DNA of 64,000 nt from Balamuthia mandrillaris (GCA_031835245.2 JAVKOQ020000002.1:1-64000); one strand, 5' to 3'. Positions 48,704-62,668 are shown, numbered from the stretch's first letter. Numbers and translations are program-made. Notes: generated from the sequence alone by a model not told the origin.

Positions 48704-51094
48704 TCATTCGTTTAGGGCTAACGAGCTGTGAGGAATAGAGGTGCTGCCTGGTCTCTTTTCTCTGCCAGCGAGAGTAAGGTCGGTTGCGCTTTCTCCTATT
48801 CTGTTGTTCGCGTCGGACGTTTTGTTACGACTTCGTTTGGGTCGTAACGTCTCGCTTTTGCCGATGGCTCGACGCAAACCTCCGCCTCCACCTCCACTTT
48901 TCTTGTTGGGCGAAGAAGAAGAGGATGTAGGAACGGAGGAAGATACTGCCGCCGTTGATGTAGTGGATGGTTTCTTTTTTCCTAGGCTTGGACTTGTGGA
49001 TTCTTTTTCTTTCTTGCCTTTGCTTTCACTCTTGTCGTTTGGTTGGTGTTGAAAGCTTTCTCGATCCAGTTTTTTGCTCTTCAGGTTGTTCCAACTTAAC
49101 GTACGCAGAAGCTCCTTCCCTCCACTTCCGCTGCCGCTCGTTTCTTTCTTCTCAACAGCGGTTGACCTTTTTCCTTTTCTCTTCTCTTTCTCCTTTTCAT
49201 CTTCTGCTGTCGTTCCATTGTTGTTACTTTTGGTGGAATGAGAAGCTGAGAAGGAAGCAGACGAAGAAGCGGATGAAGAGGACGAAGGTGGAGAACTTCC
49301 ACTGGCTTGACGAGCAGCAACCTCTTGATGCGCCAGCTCTGGTGGATTGCTTGTGGATCGTTGTCTTAGTTGAGTTCCAGAAGAGGACGAAGAAGGAGAA
49401 GTGGAAGCTGTGGAAGGAAGAGCAGAGGTGGAACTGCTCTGCTCTTCTTCGGCGAGTTTTACCACTGTGGTAAGCGTCTTCAATCCTCCTTTCAACTTTC
49501 TGCGAAGAGAGTTCTTCTTGTACTTATCATCGTTGGAAACAGGAGACCTGTGCCCCTCCCATTCAGGAATGAAGAAGCCTTCTGTTATCCATTCTTTGTC
49601 AGCGGCGAAGGCTTGTTGTTGGTTGGAAGAAGGGGAAGAAGGAGAGGAGACGGTGGAAAGGGTGGAGAAGGAAGAAGCTCCCGCGAAAGTGCCTTTCTTG
49701 GTGTCGGCAGGAGGAGGAGGTCTGTTGTGGACCTGAGTCCCAGGCTTTAGAATGAGGCTTCCATCCCCTTTTTTTTTTGAAGCACGACAGGGATGAGATG
49801 AGGAGAACAAAAACGAAAGAAGAATAAAGAAGAAAAGTAACATACCGGAGATATAAGCCTCCAAACCTGTTTCCTTTCGCTTGCTGTGACGCTTTTTCTT
49901 CTTCGGTTTCTCGGTACTGTCGCTCTTCGTGGGAGAGGATGAAGCGTAAGGTGTATCTTGTTTGGCAGATCGCGTAGAGTCGGAAGAAGAGCTTGCAGAA
50001 GAGGAAGTGGAGTGAGCTTCTTCCTCCTCTTGGCCCTCGGCATCGCTCTCATCGTAATCCAGATCCATGCCAAAGTCGATGCGTTGTCCAGTGCCATCGA
50101 TGAGATAAGCCACTTTCATCGACTTTCGTGCGGAGAGAGGGCAAGCTTCTCCGTCGGCGTTGCCTTTGCCGTTGTTCCCGTTGCCTCCATCTTCTGCACC
50201 AGAGAAGCTGGTAGAAAGAGCTCGCCTGCTGATTCGATACTGCAAGTTCTTCTTTGCCATCAATAGTCGTTGTCGTCTCTCTTCAGCACCTGCAAACTAG
50301 AGTTAGTAATGCTCTCCTTAAAAGAGAACACACAAACAAAGAAAGAGCAAGCAGCTCTCGTAACTGGAAGATTGGTCCTGATCGTCTCTTGGGGTTGCCT
50401 GCGGAGTGGTGAATGTGGATTCGATTCTAGAACCAGAAGGAGGAGGTGCAACGCTTCCTTTTGCCATCATCTCAAACATGCGATTGAAAGATTGTGTTAA
50501 CTCGGTTCTTATTTCTTTGGTGTCGTTCTCGATGGAAGCCACTCTCGCGTCCTGTAACTTCCTTTCGGTTGCCTGAAGTTCCATCTGAGAGTCGAACTTG
50601 TGCTCCAAATCCTCCAACTTGGTCATCACTTTTTTCAAGAAGACAGCCACTAACTTGATGGTATCGTGTGGTTTCTCTTTGTTGTTGCTCTCTCGTTCGG
50701 GGTGATGCTGAGCGCTCTCCTCTCTCCTCTTCATTTTCTCTTTTTCTCTTTCCAACTCTTCCACGTATTTCCTCACCGTGGCAGCTTTTCTTTCCAGCTC
50801 TTCATTCTGGAAACGCAGTTCTGTCATCGCTCGGTCTTCCTCTCTTTTTCTTTGCAGCTCTTTTTCCAGGTGCTCCACTTTTTCCTTCAAGAGGTTGTTC
50901 TCCCATGAAAGCTTAGCGGCCGTTTCGTTCAGAGCGGCCTCTTCTTTGGCTGAAGTCTCTTTGGCTTCGTTGTCCAGCCTTTTGATCTCGCTTTCTAACG
51001 AGTGGATTTGTTTTATCAGTTGGTTTATCTCTTGTTCATCTCCGAACAAACTTGTTTGATGACCCTAAGAAGAGAGTTCAAACTATGAGTTACC

Positions 51095-51137
<43 letters not shown>

Positions 51138-51636
51138 ATAACAAAGAAGGTCGAACCGAAACAGGAACAGAAGTTGGGCGTTGAGCAGCTCGAGAGGCAG
51201 AAGGTGGTGCCTTGCTTATAGGAAGAGTGAGAAGGATGTGAATCTCCGGTAAAGGCTCTGCCGTCTGCGCAAAAGCAGAGGAAAGCCTCAAAGGAAACCA
51301 GTGATCAATCTCCTGTTTGAGCTCTCCCTTTTCCGTTTGGACCATTAACCTCAAAGGCAACAATAAGTGGCCAATTAACTCTGTTTGTTGATAAGAGTTA
51401 GAAGAACAAGAAGAAGAACAAGAAGAAGAACAAGAAGAAGAAGAAGAAGCAGAAGAACAAGAACAAGAAGGAAAAGCCTTTCCCCTACGTTTAGTTTGCT
51501 CGAATGGGGGTCGTTCCGAAACATGCCAAACTTGTAAAAGGAGCTCTTTCTCACGTAAATCTCCTTCATAAGAACTACAGCACAGATAACATTAAAATAG
51601 CATACAGAGAAGCGGGAGAACAAGAAGAGATGAGAT

Positions 51637-51676
<40 letters not shown>

Positions 51677-52073
51677 AACGAAGAAGCATAGAAGATGGAA
51701 AAAAATGGAGCTTACAAGCTAAGAAGATCCTGAGCCCAAACAAGGTGACTGCCGCTCATCGCTCGTGTCCGTTTGATGACAGCTCTTTTATGAGGGAATT
51801 GTTCCGACAAGTCTTTCTCCTGGCTGGGAGCAGACGAAGCGGAGAGCTGCGAGTATTCGCCCTCATGCAAGAACGCCGCTAAGCAATAGACGTTGTTTCG
51901 GTTTGACTCGTCGTCGTATATCCCCACGCTTCGTAGGTTACGCGCCGCCAACGCCAGAAAGACTTATTTTGGTTGAACAGAACGTGGTGTGGTGAAGTTT
52001 AGCAAGCAGGAACAAGACGCGGAAGAGAGCATGTAACTCAACCCATACCTCTTTCCTTGTTTCTCCACGCCAT
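48704..52073 (-). CDS. C2-domain + coiled-coil + Ser-rich protein
   Basis: Spliced AARNL..VYC..KRT..LVW..LLLQVW..LIG..DHWFPL fits a C2 domain; heptad-rich exon at 50452-51060; long Ser/Lys-rich tail. Confidence 0.7.
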
Positions 52074-52462
52074 CTCCTGCGTTGAGGTTCCGCCCTGCCC
52101 TGCTTTTATTTTTTTGCTTCTCCTGGTCCTCTGTCCTTCTCTCTCTCCTTTCGGTGTTGTCGTGCTAGAACACAAAAAAATCGGGTTGTTAGATTTGTTC
52201 TTATAATAACAAATGATTGTAACGCTCTTATGATTGGCTCCATTCTATATTAATTAACGGAACATTAAACGATGTTTGTTTTGCGGTGCAAAGCATCGAT
52301 GATCGGTGGAGAAGGGCGAGAAGCTTGGCTTTGTTTTGTTGTTCTTGAAAAAAGTAAAGCACACAAAGACATGGTTTAATACTATAATAACTCAAGAAAA
52401 AAAGAAGAAAAAAAAAGAGAGTTGCTGAGAAGGAAAAATAAGAAAAAAGGAAGAAAAAGAAA

Positions 52463-52938
52463 TCATTCTTCGGCAAGGCTGAAATAATAAGCGGCCAATC
52501 GGTTCTCCAAGCTTTCAAAGTCTGGACGCTCGTCCCTGTTCTTCTTCCAACAGTCCTGCATCAGCTCGCGAAACTCTTTGGGACAGTCCTCCGGTATGAT
52601 GGGGCGCATCCCATCGATCACCTGCAACGCGATGTTATAGGGAGAGCTCTCTCCTGGATAGGGTGTCGATTGTCTTGCCACCAACTCCCAAAGCAATACT
52701 CCAAAACTATTGTTTCAGACAACAGTTTAAAAAAAATGCAACAAAGCGAAAAAGAATATAAACATAGATGTAAAGAGCACCAACCTGTACGCATCACTTT
52801 TTTCAGAAAATTGTCGTTCGAGCAGAGACTCGGGAGCCATCCATGCCACCGGCCCAAAGTTGTTGTTGGACTGAAGATAGGCACTCGTTTTCACCCGCGA
52901 TAAACCAAAATCTTTTTCGTTTTAAACACCATATTTTT

Positions 52939-52984
<46 letters not shown>

Positions 52985-55900
52985 AACAGCGGAAAGAAGG
53001 AAGAGGAAGAGAAAAGGCTACCCGTTACTACTACACGACAACTTTCATCGACTAAACAATTCCGAGCAGCCACATCTCTGTGAATTACTTTTTCCCGATG
53101 CAAATGTAAAATGCCTTTTTTTGTTTTTGTTTGAAGGGATAAGAGAACGAGATAAGAATATGAGATAGAAAAAGAAAATAAGCAGGTGAGAAAGCGAAGT
53201 GAAGGCGAAAGAGGTGAAAAGAAAGAGCCAAAGAGAAAAAGCAAAGCAACAAACCGGCAGCAGCATCTCTGGCCATTCCAACAACGGTTTTCCAAGGTAC
53301 TTTCTCTCGTCGTACGATGAGGATGTCGTAAAGGCTCCCCTTCTCGTAAAATTGGGTGACGAGACTCACGTCCTCCCGACTCTTCACAATACCTATGTAA
53401 TTCACCACGTGTGGATGGTGACACAGTTTTCTATGTTTTTACGAGCAAATAAAGAAAATATGAGAAAGAGAGAAAGAGAGGTGAGCAAAAACACAAATGG
53501 AAGCAAACATGGAAGAGCAGAAGGTGATGATACGAACTCTAACAAAGCGGCCTCTCGGAAAAGCTCCGTCAATTCTTTCTCGCCTAATGCTCCCACCAAC
53601 TTTTTCACTGCCACAGTTGCTCCTCTCCATTCTGAAGAAATGAAAAGATAAGAACAGAAGCGAAACGAGAAAGCGAGATAAAACAAGAAAAGAGGAAAAT
53701 AGTACAAGAAAAAAAAATGAGATGCGAAATGAGAAAAGAAGAGAAACAGAACGAAAAAATGAGGACGAGATGCATTACCGCCACGATATACAATGCCAAA
53801 CACGCCCCTACCAACGGGGCGTTTCTCTATCTTGAGCTCCGAACGCTCAATTTCTCTGTACTTGGGTATCATGTTCAATGCTAGTTCTTCCACGCGCCGA
53901 GCGAGGTCAAATGCATCATCCCCATGACTTCGTTTCTTTTTAAATATGCTGCCAGGTGGTCCGCCTCCTCCATCTGTGTTCGCTGTTGAACTTTGTTTGC
54001 TTGCTTCCTTCTTTTTTCTGTTTAGTTTAATAGTATCAAAACGAAAGTAAGCATGAGCCAATGCAAAGTACGAAATGAAAGTGGGTTAGTAACGCACTTT
54101 GGGGTGGCTTTGTCAAAAATATCAATAAGAGAGGTAACGACGGTGCCGCTACCGCCCCTTTTCTTCTTCTTGCTCATGCTCTTGCGAATGGTCAGCTTTG
54201 GTGAACTGTCGTCACCTGAGCTCGTTACAGGTGCCATCGATCCCGAGTCACTAGCGCTGCGAGAGCGTTGTCCTCCTCCAGCTTGTTGTTGTGACACAAG
54301 CTCAGTATTGATGTTGACGTGAATGTAACGTTGGTGATGCTCCACTTGGGGAGTGGCAGGAGTAGAAGAGGAGTCATCGGTCTCATCGGAGGGTTGTTCC
54401 AACACTAAAGAATCGCCAAGATCACCGTACAGCTCTCCTTGAGAGGAAGCGATAAGGTCAGCACCGTCTTCAAGTTCTTCGGTATCACTGGAAGAGTCTT
54501 TCATGGAGGAAGAAGAGGAGGCGGTTCTTGGTTTGATGGGCAGCTGAGCGATGGCGTTGAGGAGCTTGCGGCGTTTGCCGAACTCCACCACGCCCAAGTC
54601 CCGCAGGTCTTTGTCTGTCATTTCGGCGAGGACGTCGAAGGTGACGTCTTCTTTCTTAAAGAGTTCGGCGTATTTACCACAATTGTTTTCTTTCAACCAT
54701 CCCACCATATCTTATTTTGTGTGTTGAAGTTTTAAGTTTTGAGCTTATCAGTTAAGTCATATTCACGAAAAGCATCGAGGAAGACAAAAACGAGAAGAAA
54801 CGAACCTTGATGTTCTACAATTTTTCCGTTGACATAGCGCACTTTGAAGCAACCAAGATGAGGCGGTTTGAGCAGACCAACGCCATGCCGCTGGTCTTCA
54901 CTAAACTCTCCTGTGTAACTGGTGCCATCGGGTGTTGTGTAGGTGCCCCGTCCTTCAAAGTTGTTGTTGCGAAACTCTCCAACGTAACGCGCTCCATCGG
55001 GGAACAGGTATGTTCCCTGCCCATGCATTTGATCGTTCTTGTATTCCCCAAAGTATTTTGTACCATCCGCTAAAGTTTAAACAGAAGCCAATTTAAGTTT
55101 TACGTAACAACGAGAAGAGAAGCAGAGAACGAGTGAACAAGAAGAGAGTAGAGAAGAGGAAAGGGCAGGAGCATAAACGAACTTCCAGAAACGTAATCGC
55201 CCATGCCGTGCTTCATATCATCCAAGAATTGTCCTTCGTATTTAGTTCCGTTGGCCCACGTGAACTTGCCCTGTCCGTTCTTTCTGCCGTTGGCCCAGTC
55301 TCCGGTGTATGACGCGCCGCTGGGCCATGTGTAAGTGCCTTGTCCATGAAACTTGCCTTCCTTCCATTCCCCTGTTTTTTGTTTTTTTCAATATAACGGA
55401 AAGAGGTTTAGCAGAGAACCCAATAAACAAATAGAAAGAAAGAAAGAAAGAAAGAAAGAAACTGAAAGAGAGAAGCAGAAGAAGAAGAAGAAGAAGAAGA
55501 AGAAGAAGAAGAAGAAGAAGAAGAAGAAGAAGAAGAAGAAGAAGAAGAAGAAGAAGAAGAAGAAGAAGAAGAAGAAGAAGAAGAAGAAGAAGAAGATGCT
55601 GATGAAGAAGAACAACAAGAAGAAGAAGAACAAGAACAAGAACAAGAATAACAAGAAGAAGAAGAACAAGAAGAAGAAGCAACTCCAAAAAAAAAGGTGC
55701 TGATGAAAAACAAAAACCAAATTAAAGAGACAAAACAGGAAGGGAGGAAGACCTTCATATTTACTGCCGGAGGTCCAAACATAGGTTCCAAAGCCGTGCT
55801 GCTTGCCGTTCTTCCAGCTGCCCTCGTACTGACCGTCCTTGAAGATCATCTTGCCCTGTCCGTTCCTCCTTCCCTTGGCATTCAACGAGCCGATATAGGT

Positions 55901-56548
55901 GCTGCCATTGGCATAGACCTTCTTGACGGTGGCTCCCTCTATGCCGCTTCCTCCCCCGCTCCCCGCGCCCCCCATCGAGCCTCCCATCACGCCCTCCGAC
56001 CCGCTTCCGACGTTCATGATGATGGTGGAGGAGCCCTTGGAGCTCTTCTTTCGTTGGCCGCTGCGCGGGCTGAGCAAGGAATTACACTCTGCGGAGGCCT
56101 CCGCGGAGGTGCTCAAAGCGCCGGTAGGGAGGCTGAGCGAAGAGGATTGTTTATCGGTAGCCTCGGCGGAGCGTTCCCTGCGCGATCGCTTTTTCTCCTT
56201 CTTCTCTTTCTTCTTCCTTTTGGTGTTACCGGTGTTATTACTGGTTGTGTTGTCCTCTTTGCAGCTGTTGTCGTTGTTAAGATGGGCGTCGGAAAGGTTC
56301 GAAGCGGAAGAAGGAGCAGAAGAGGGGTGGTCTGGAAGGACGGAGGTGAAGGAGGAGGTAGAAGAGGTGGGCGTGCAGAGGGAGGAGCTGCTGGGGGAGG
56401 TCGAGGCGGAGTGGCCGGGCGAGGCGAGGGCGGCAAGGGAGGTAGAGGCGCGGGGCATGGAGGGAGAGGTGCTGCCGTTGGTCATACTCGCCGGCGTGGT
56501 GAAGCTCCGCTTCTTCGTCGTGGCCGTAGCGGGGGTGGTGCCTTCCAT
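52463..56548 (-). CDS. MORN-repeat / SAM-domain / tyrosine-kinase-like protein
   Basis: YxGxWxxGxxHGxG MORN repeats; SAM WLKENNCGKYAELF..DLRDLGV..FGKRRKLL; GRGVFG, VAVK, HRDVAARN, GPVAWMAPE. Confidence 0.92.
55477..55680. repeat. Intronic (GAA)n tract
   Basis: Long GAA/GAACAA run inside an intron of the MORN kinase. Confidence 0.95.
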
Positions 56549-57011
56549 CTCCTCTTTTTTTATTTATTTATTTGGAGTCTATGGATGCCTTCTCGCCTCT
56601 CCTTTCCCTTCTCAGCTTCTTCTCTCTTGAAAACTTTTTTTTTTGAGGGGGAAAGAAAAATAATCTACTATAGGCCTACGTTACAAACGGAAGGAAGAAA
56701 AAAGAAGAAATTCTATGAGTGGGCCACGTGAAGACGTCGTCTTCCCCCCCGCCAACAACAACTCCCCAAAAGCCGTCAACTTCGTCTCTCTCTCTCTCCC
56801 CTTTTGGCGTTTTTTCTCTTTCTTTTTTTTTGTTTCTTTTTTTATTTATTTTTTTTTTACAGTAATTGTGATCTGATTGATCTTTAGGTAATTTTACAAT
56901 AATTTCCTTTTTAATGCTTTGATGACGTATGTTTTCTTATCGGTCTTGCCAACAAAAGGAAATAATTCAGATCTGATCTGATTATTTTTTTGATCTGTAA
57001 AAATAAAAGCA

Positions 57012-59342
57012 TCAAAGAGGAGACACGCGATGGAGTTGAACAGGGATGCCGCGGTTGCTAAACCGAAGGACGGATCTGCACTCCAGTCCAAGGTTACGAG
57101 CCCCTGTCACAACCTTTGGAAAGACATGGCCGGGACTTCCATCCAACACAAAGGCTTCCCTCAAGAGATCTTTGTGGCGAGACATCATTTGGCCAAAGCG
57201 AAGGAACAGCTTCTCCAATTCCTTGCCCTTTGGAGAGGTGCGAATGCCATAAGGTAAATTGGTCACGATCAGAACGTCCCTCTTCTTGTCCTTGTTCTTG
57301 GCTCGTAGCTGAGGGAGAAGTTGTTTGGTGAGAACCTCCTCAAAGTCTCCTCGGTAGAAGCGTCCTTTGCGTTGAACGAATGGTGGGGCCTCTGATAAGT
57401 TGTGTCGACTGGCTTCAATGCATTTCTCATCAATGTCTGACCCCACAGCCGAGACATGACGAAGAGAGTCGTTGTTCTTCTGGTAGCTGGTTTGATTGAA
57501 TTCGGAAGAAGAAGATGAGGAAGACGAAGCAGCATGTAAAGATTGGAGAAAGCGTAAGTAGAGGGCAGGACTATGGGAGCTCCATTGCTCAAAGGCGAAG
57601 TGCCTGCTTGGAGCTTGTTGTGTTCTTCCTGTGGGGTTTAGAATGTCTAAAGCCTCTAACACAAGGGTTCCTGATCCACAAAACGGATCCCACAGCAAAG
57701 GTCTATCTGCCTGTTCGTTGCTGGCTTTCCATCCTATATATAGAGAGAAGAGAGAGTAGAGAGAGAGAGAGAGTAAGAGCGAGAGCGAGCGAGTGAGTGT
57801 GTATGAGAAAGAGAAAGAGAGAGAGAGCGAGAGAGAGCGAGAGAGAGAGAGAGAGAGAGAGAGAGCAAATGGTATTAAGAATCATACCAGCAGCATGGAG
57901 ACAGGCAGAAGCCATTGTTTCTCTTAGAGGCGCTTTGGAGATGTGCTTGTCGCCACTAGCTCGCTTATGCAATAACTCTCCTGAAGCATCCACGCTTATC
58001 TGCACTCGTAGATGTAAGAAACAAAATCTAAAGGGAAAGCAAAAGAAGGATAAGGGAGCAAAAAGACAGACACAAAGAAAAAGATGTAACCTGAGCTTCA
58101 TTATTAACAATTCTGACATAGAATTGAGGGGAGTGGTCATTTTTAGCAGGAACGACTGACGGTTGGGTCAGCGAAGCTCCAAAGGAGGGTGAGTTGGATT
58201 GAAAGTAGAGATCTTGCAAGAATTTATCCACTCGTTCCTAATCATATTGGCAATCGTCAAATGTTGTTGTTCAGAAGCGGAAGAAGAGAAGAGGAAAAAG
58301 AAGAAGAACAAGAACAAGAAGAAGAAGAGCAAGAAGAACACCGCAACATTAGTGAAAAGAAGAATAAACCTCAATAGCTTTGGAGTGGTAAAGATCAGAG
58401 TTGCGGCAGACAGCCTGAACCTCAGGAAAGCCGAAAGGCGCGTCGTTGGCTGCCCTTGTTGACAGAAATGAAGCTGGCAGGAACGGCCGCCAAGAAAGCC
58501 TGATGTTTTTGTAAAAAAGGGTGGTTCAACTCCATCTATGAGAAAGAGAACTCTTTTGAGAAAAAAACAAAAGACATGTGTCCAGAAGAAAGAACAAAAA
58601 GAACGAAGAAGGACAAGAACCCAACCAAAGGAAGAAGGAGAAGAGGAAGAGGAAGAAGAAGAAGAAGAAGAAGAAGAAGAAGAAGAAGAAGAAGAAGAAG
58701 AAGAAGAAGAAGAAGAACAAGAAGAACAACAAGAAGAACAATAACTAGAACAAGAACAAGAAGAAGAACAAGAACAAGAACAAGAACAAGAACAAGAAGA
58801 ACAAGAAGAAGAAGAACAATAACAAGAAGAAGAACAAGTAGAAGAACATACTTTGGTAGACCTGACGACAATTGAGAGAAATTGGTAGCACGAAAAGGAG
58901 GACCGATGCGAACGCGCATGGACTCGGCAAGGCGGCTTTGCCACGCAATCTTCCAAAGCTGCACGCGGGTGACCATGCACTCCACGCCCCCTTCCACCTC
59001 CACCGGCTGAGCGCTCTGCGGCAACAGAGCGGACAACTCCTCGTGAAGCAAGCTCTCCAACCCCGGAGTGACCGCCACAAAGAGATTGTACAAAGCAGAA
59101 GAAGAAGCAGAAGAAGCAGAAGAAGCAGAAGAAGAAGGAGAAGGAGAAGAGGAGGAGGAGGAAGGCTCAGGCTTACCACCACCACTACGACTGCTGCTGG
59201 CGTTTAACCGGTTGGCGGAGAAGAAGAAGCGGTTACTCTTATTCCACTGGAGCAGCATTGGCTTGGTGCTTCGCGTAGAGCATGGCCGCCAGCCCCCACG
59301 GAGCAAACGGGTTGGTGTGGTGGTGGCGATGGTGCTCCTCAT
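57012..59342 (-). CDS. THUMP-domain RNA guanine-N2 methyltransferase (RlmL-like), probable mitochondrial presequence
   Basis: PGLESLLHEEL, SVDASGELLHKR, APLRETMASA, DPFCGSGTL, TNLPYG; Arg/Ser-rich N-terminus. Confidence 0.88.
58630..58848. repeat. Intronic (GAA)n/(GAACAA)n tract
   Basis: Lies inside the first intron of the THUMP methyltransferase. Confidence 0.95.
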
Positions 59343-59754
59343 CTCTGATCTCTCTGCTGGCCTGTGATATGGACGCTGTTGAACAACTTGGGCAGCGGTT
59401 GTGTACTATTACAGCTGCAATTGTGCAGCTGTAACAGATGATGTCATCCATTGGGAATGAAGATTTCAACGAGGGATCGATGGCACCAACAGGACAACAA
59501 TATTTGTCCAGAGGTGAACCCTGAGATTTTTCCCGTACGCTGGTGGGATTTTGATCAGGACAAGATTTGCCCGTGATTTAGTCCCGCTGTTTGAATCTTG
59601 GGTTTTAACAAAATATTACGTAAGTCGACAGAAATTCATCGCAAAGAAAAGAGGCGGTGCTATCGGCACACACAGAAAGAAGAGGGAAGTGGCAGCAAGT
59701 CGCCTCTCGGCCATCGCTCCCTTCTATTGCTTGCTACTTGCTGCCTCGTCTAGG

Positions 59755-60194
59755 ATGCAGGGGCGAGCCGTGCCTCCTCGCTTGGAGCTTCCTTCGTTTC
59801 TTCCCTCGTCTCCCAGTGGCTCCAACTTGGACGAAGAACAAACCCTCTCATCATGGAACGTTTGGATCAAGGAAGACATCCCGAAAGATCGTTTGGAGTA
59901 CGTGAAACACTCTTTCGCTCTCCTTCTTTCTTTTTTTTTAAGTCGTCAGTCTATCTCTTCTTGAAACAGATACGCGAAGAATTGGGGCGACTTTAAGCGT
60001 AGCGCAGTGCTGCGAGTGGCAGAAGGGCCTATGGTGGAGATTTGCGAAAGGATCGACAACAAAAGCAAAGCCGTCAAACGTATCTTGTACTCAGCCCCTC
60101 CCTATAGTCTTCTTGAAGTGCTGGACAGCACGCGCTACTTCTCTCTTTGCATTCACCTACCGGACGCTGGAAACAAAGGTATTTCCTCTTCTTT

Positions 60195-60262
<68 letters not shown>

Positions 60263-62549
60263 GAAGTTGTTCTTTGTCTTCGTCTGCTTCTTCTTCTTGT
60301 TGTTGTTCTTGTTCTTCTTCTTGTTCTTCTTGTTCTTCTTCTTCTTCTTCTTCTTCTTCTTCTTCTTCTTTTCCTTTCTTCTTCTTCTTCTTCTTCTTCT
60401 TCTTCTTCTTCTTCTTCTTCTTCTTCTTCTTCTTCTTCTTCTTCTTCTTCTTCTTCTTCTTCTTCTTGTTCTTGTTCTTGTTCTTCTTCTTCTTCTTCTT
60501 CTTCTTCTTCTTCTTCTTCTTCTTCTTCTTCTTCTTCTTCTTCTTCTTCTTCTTCTTCTTCTTCTTCTTCTTCTTCTTCTTCTTTCTCTTCGTCTTTCGC
60601 CCCCCTCTCCTCCTTCTTGGTATTGGAAATGCTGACTTAACATGCCTATCAGAAATGTTTTTGGGAATCGCTTTTTACACAAAGGAAGAAAGCACTTCTT
60701 TTATACGAAAACTGTGAGTTTCTCTCTATCTCGAATAGCCACTTTAGCTTCTCTGACATCTTTCTCTCTCTCGCTCTCTCTTTCTCGCATAGATGGTCTA
60801 TGATCCGGTCTCCACGTGCGTCAGCACGAGGCGATAACAACGGAAACAAATCGAATGGTGGGAACTTATCATCTACAAAAAATAAGGTTAACAGTTCTCG
60901 AACAATCGCTGCATCTACAGAACAATCAAAAACTCTGCCATCATCTTTCTCTTCCCCCTCTCAACTTACCACTTCGGGTGTTGTCAGCACCTCTCACAAG
61001 AAAAAGGACAAATACGAGGAGGAGGAAGATTATCCAACATCGATGTGGCTTAGTTTGAGCGATGAAGTAACTCTGAGCATTTTTTCTTGGCTGAGGCCGA
61101 AAGATCTTTGTATTCTCTCACAAGTTTGTCTAGAGTGGAATGTCCTCGCTTGCGATGATTCGGTATTGAACCCCATTTAATCTCTTTCCATGACGAGGAG
61201 AGGAACGTTAAGAGATAAGAAACTAATGTTTATTTTACGCAGTTGTGGAAGAGTTTGTACAAAGAAGCAGGTCTACCGCCATGTGAAAGATTTAGCCAAT
61301 ACTGTCAACAAAACATGCGTTTCTCTTCGCAATTGTCGTGGAAGAAGGCCTATGTCAAACAATATCGACGAATGCATCCTCCTAAAGTTCCTTCTAAAGA
61401 TAGCAAACCTAACAAAGTAAGCCCTCTTTCGTTTGTTTTCTTTCCTACCTCTCTCGCTAGGCAGTTTTTTTTTGGCTTATTTGCTTTTTGTTTTTTATAA
61501 ACGCAATACAGTACAGACAAAAGCTGGAAGAAGAACAGCCAGTAAAAATTGAGGAAGATTTGCTGAGCGGTGACTTGTCTTTGAAACTAGTGACAGTGGG
61601 AGATAACTACCACCGCATAAAGACTAATCTCCTCCACACTTATGTCAGCGAGAGTTATCCTTCTGGCCCCTCTATTATCTTTGACAACTATTGCCTGAAC
61701 GTAAATGTTGGAGACTTTAGCGTTTGGCTCGCATTATGGTACGTACAACGAGAGAAAGTGGTAAGAGGATATCAAACAAATAGAGGAGCAAGGATAGCGA
61801 GTTAATTGTGTTGCTCATACACGTTGTGAAAAAAGGGACACAGCTGGACAATCGTGTTATGACAGATTGAGGTAAGAATATTGCGCTTTTTTTCTTCAAT
61901 TGTTTGGTTTTCTATGAACTCATGTGGTGTGTCATTTATCAGACCTTTGTCTTACACCGAGACGGATATCTTTTTGGTGCTCTTTTCAGTTGTAAATAGG
62001 GATACATACAATCACGTTATTTCAAAGGTTTGTTTGCTCTGTACTGTTGTTCCTCAAAATATCTTCTCATTCTTTCAATGGCTTCGTTTCATTTCAGTGG
62101 ATTCCAGAGATTATTCATTTCTGCCCAGACGTTCCCATCGTCTTGATTGGCGAGGAGGTACATCTACGAAACGACGCAACCACTATTTATAATCTAACGA
62201 AAGCCGGTCAAACACCCATCACTCGTGTAGAGGTACGTTTTTATCAGTTGAGAATTTGAGAGGACGAGAGAACGGGAGGTGAGATGAGAGCAAAGAGCAG
62301 AGAACGAGAGTAGAACAGAGAAATGTATAGCTAATTGCTAAATGTGATATTTAGGGCCAACAATTAGCAGAAACACTGCGAGCGCAAGGAGTATGCGTGA
62401 AGGGGTATTTGGAATGTTCCGCAAAGAATAACTACAACATCAAACGCGTCTTCTCAGAGGCCATCAAAGCGGTTGTCGTGGAGAAATGGGAAAAGAGACA
62501 ACAAGAAAGACGGAAAGGCAAAGACAAGGAAAAATGTTTGCTCAGCTGA
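59755..62549 (+). CDS. NECAP-like PH + F-box + Rho/Rac-like GTPase fusion with CAAX
   Basis: EVLDSTRYF..MFLGIAF; LSDEVTLSIFSWLRPKDLCILSQVCLEW; IFDNY, WDTAGQ..YDRLRPLSY, YLECSA; ends KCLLS*. Confidence 0.85.
60195..60585. repeat. Intronic (TTG)n-(TTC)n compound tract
   Basis: About 390 bp inside an intron of the F-box/Rho gene. Confidence 0.95.
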
Positions 62550-62560
62550 TCCAGCTTCAA

Positions 62561-62617
<57 letters not shown>

Positions 62618-62668
62618 ATTGTTCACACAACAGAGATAAACTTCTTGGGAAAAAAAGATTCAAACCAT

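Noticed and set aside
55242..60717. Poly-K/F/L/S/R/E ORFs
   Set aside because: Translations of intronic microsatellites.
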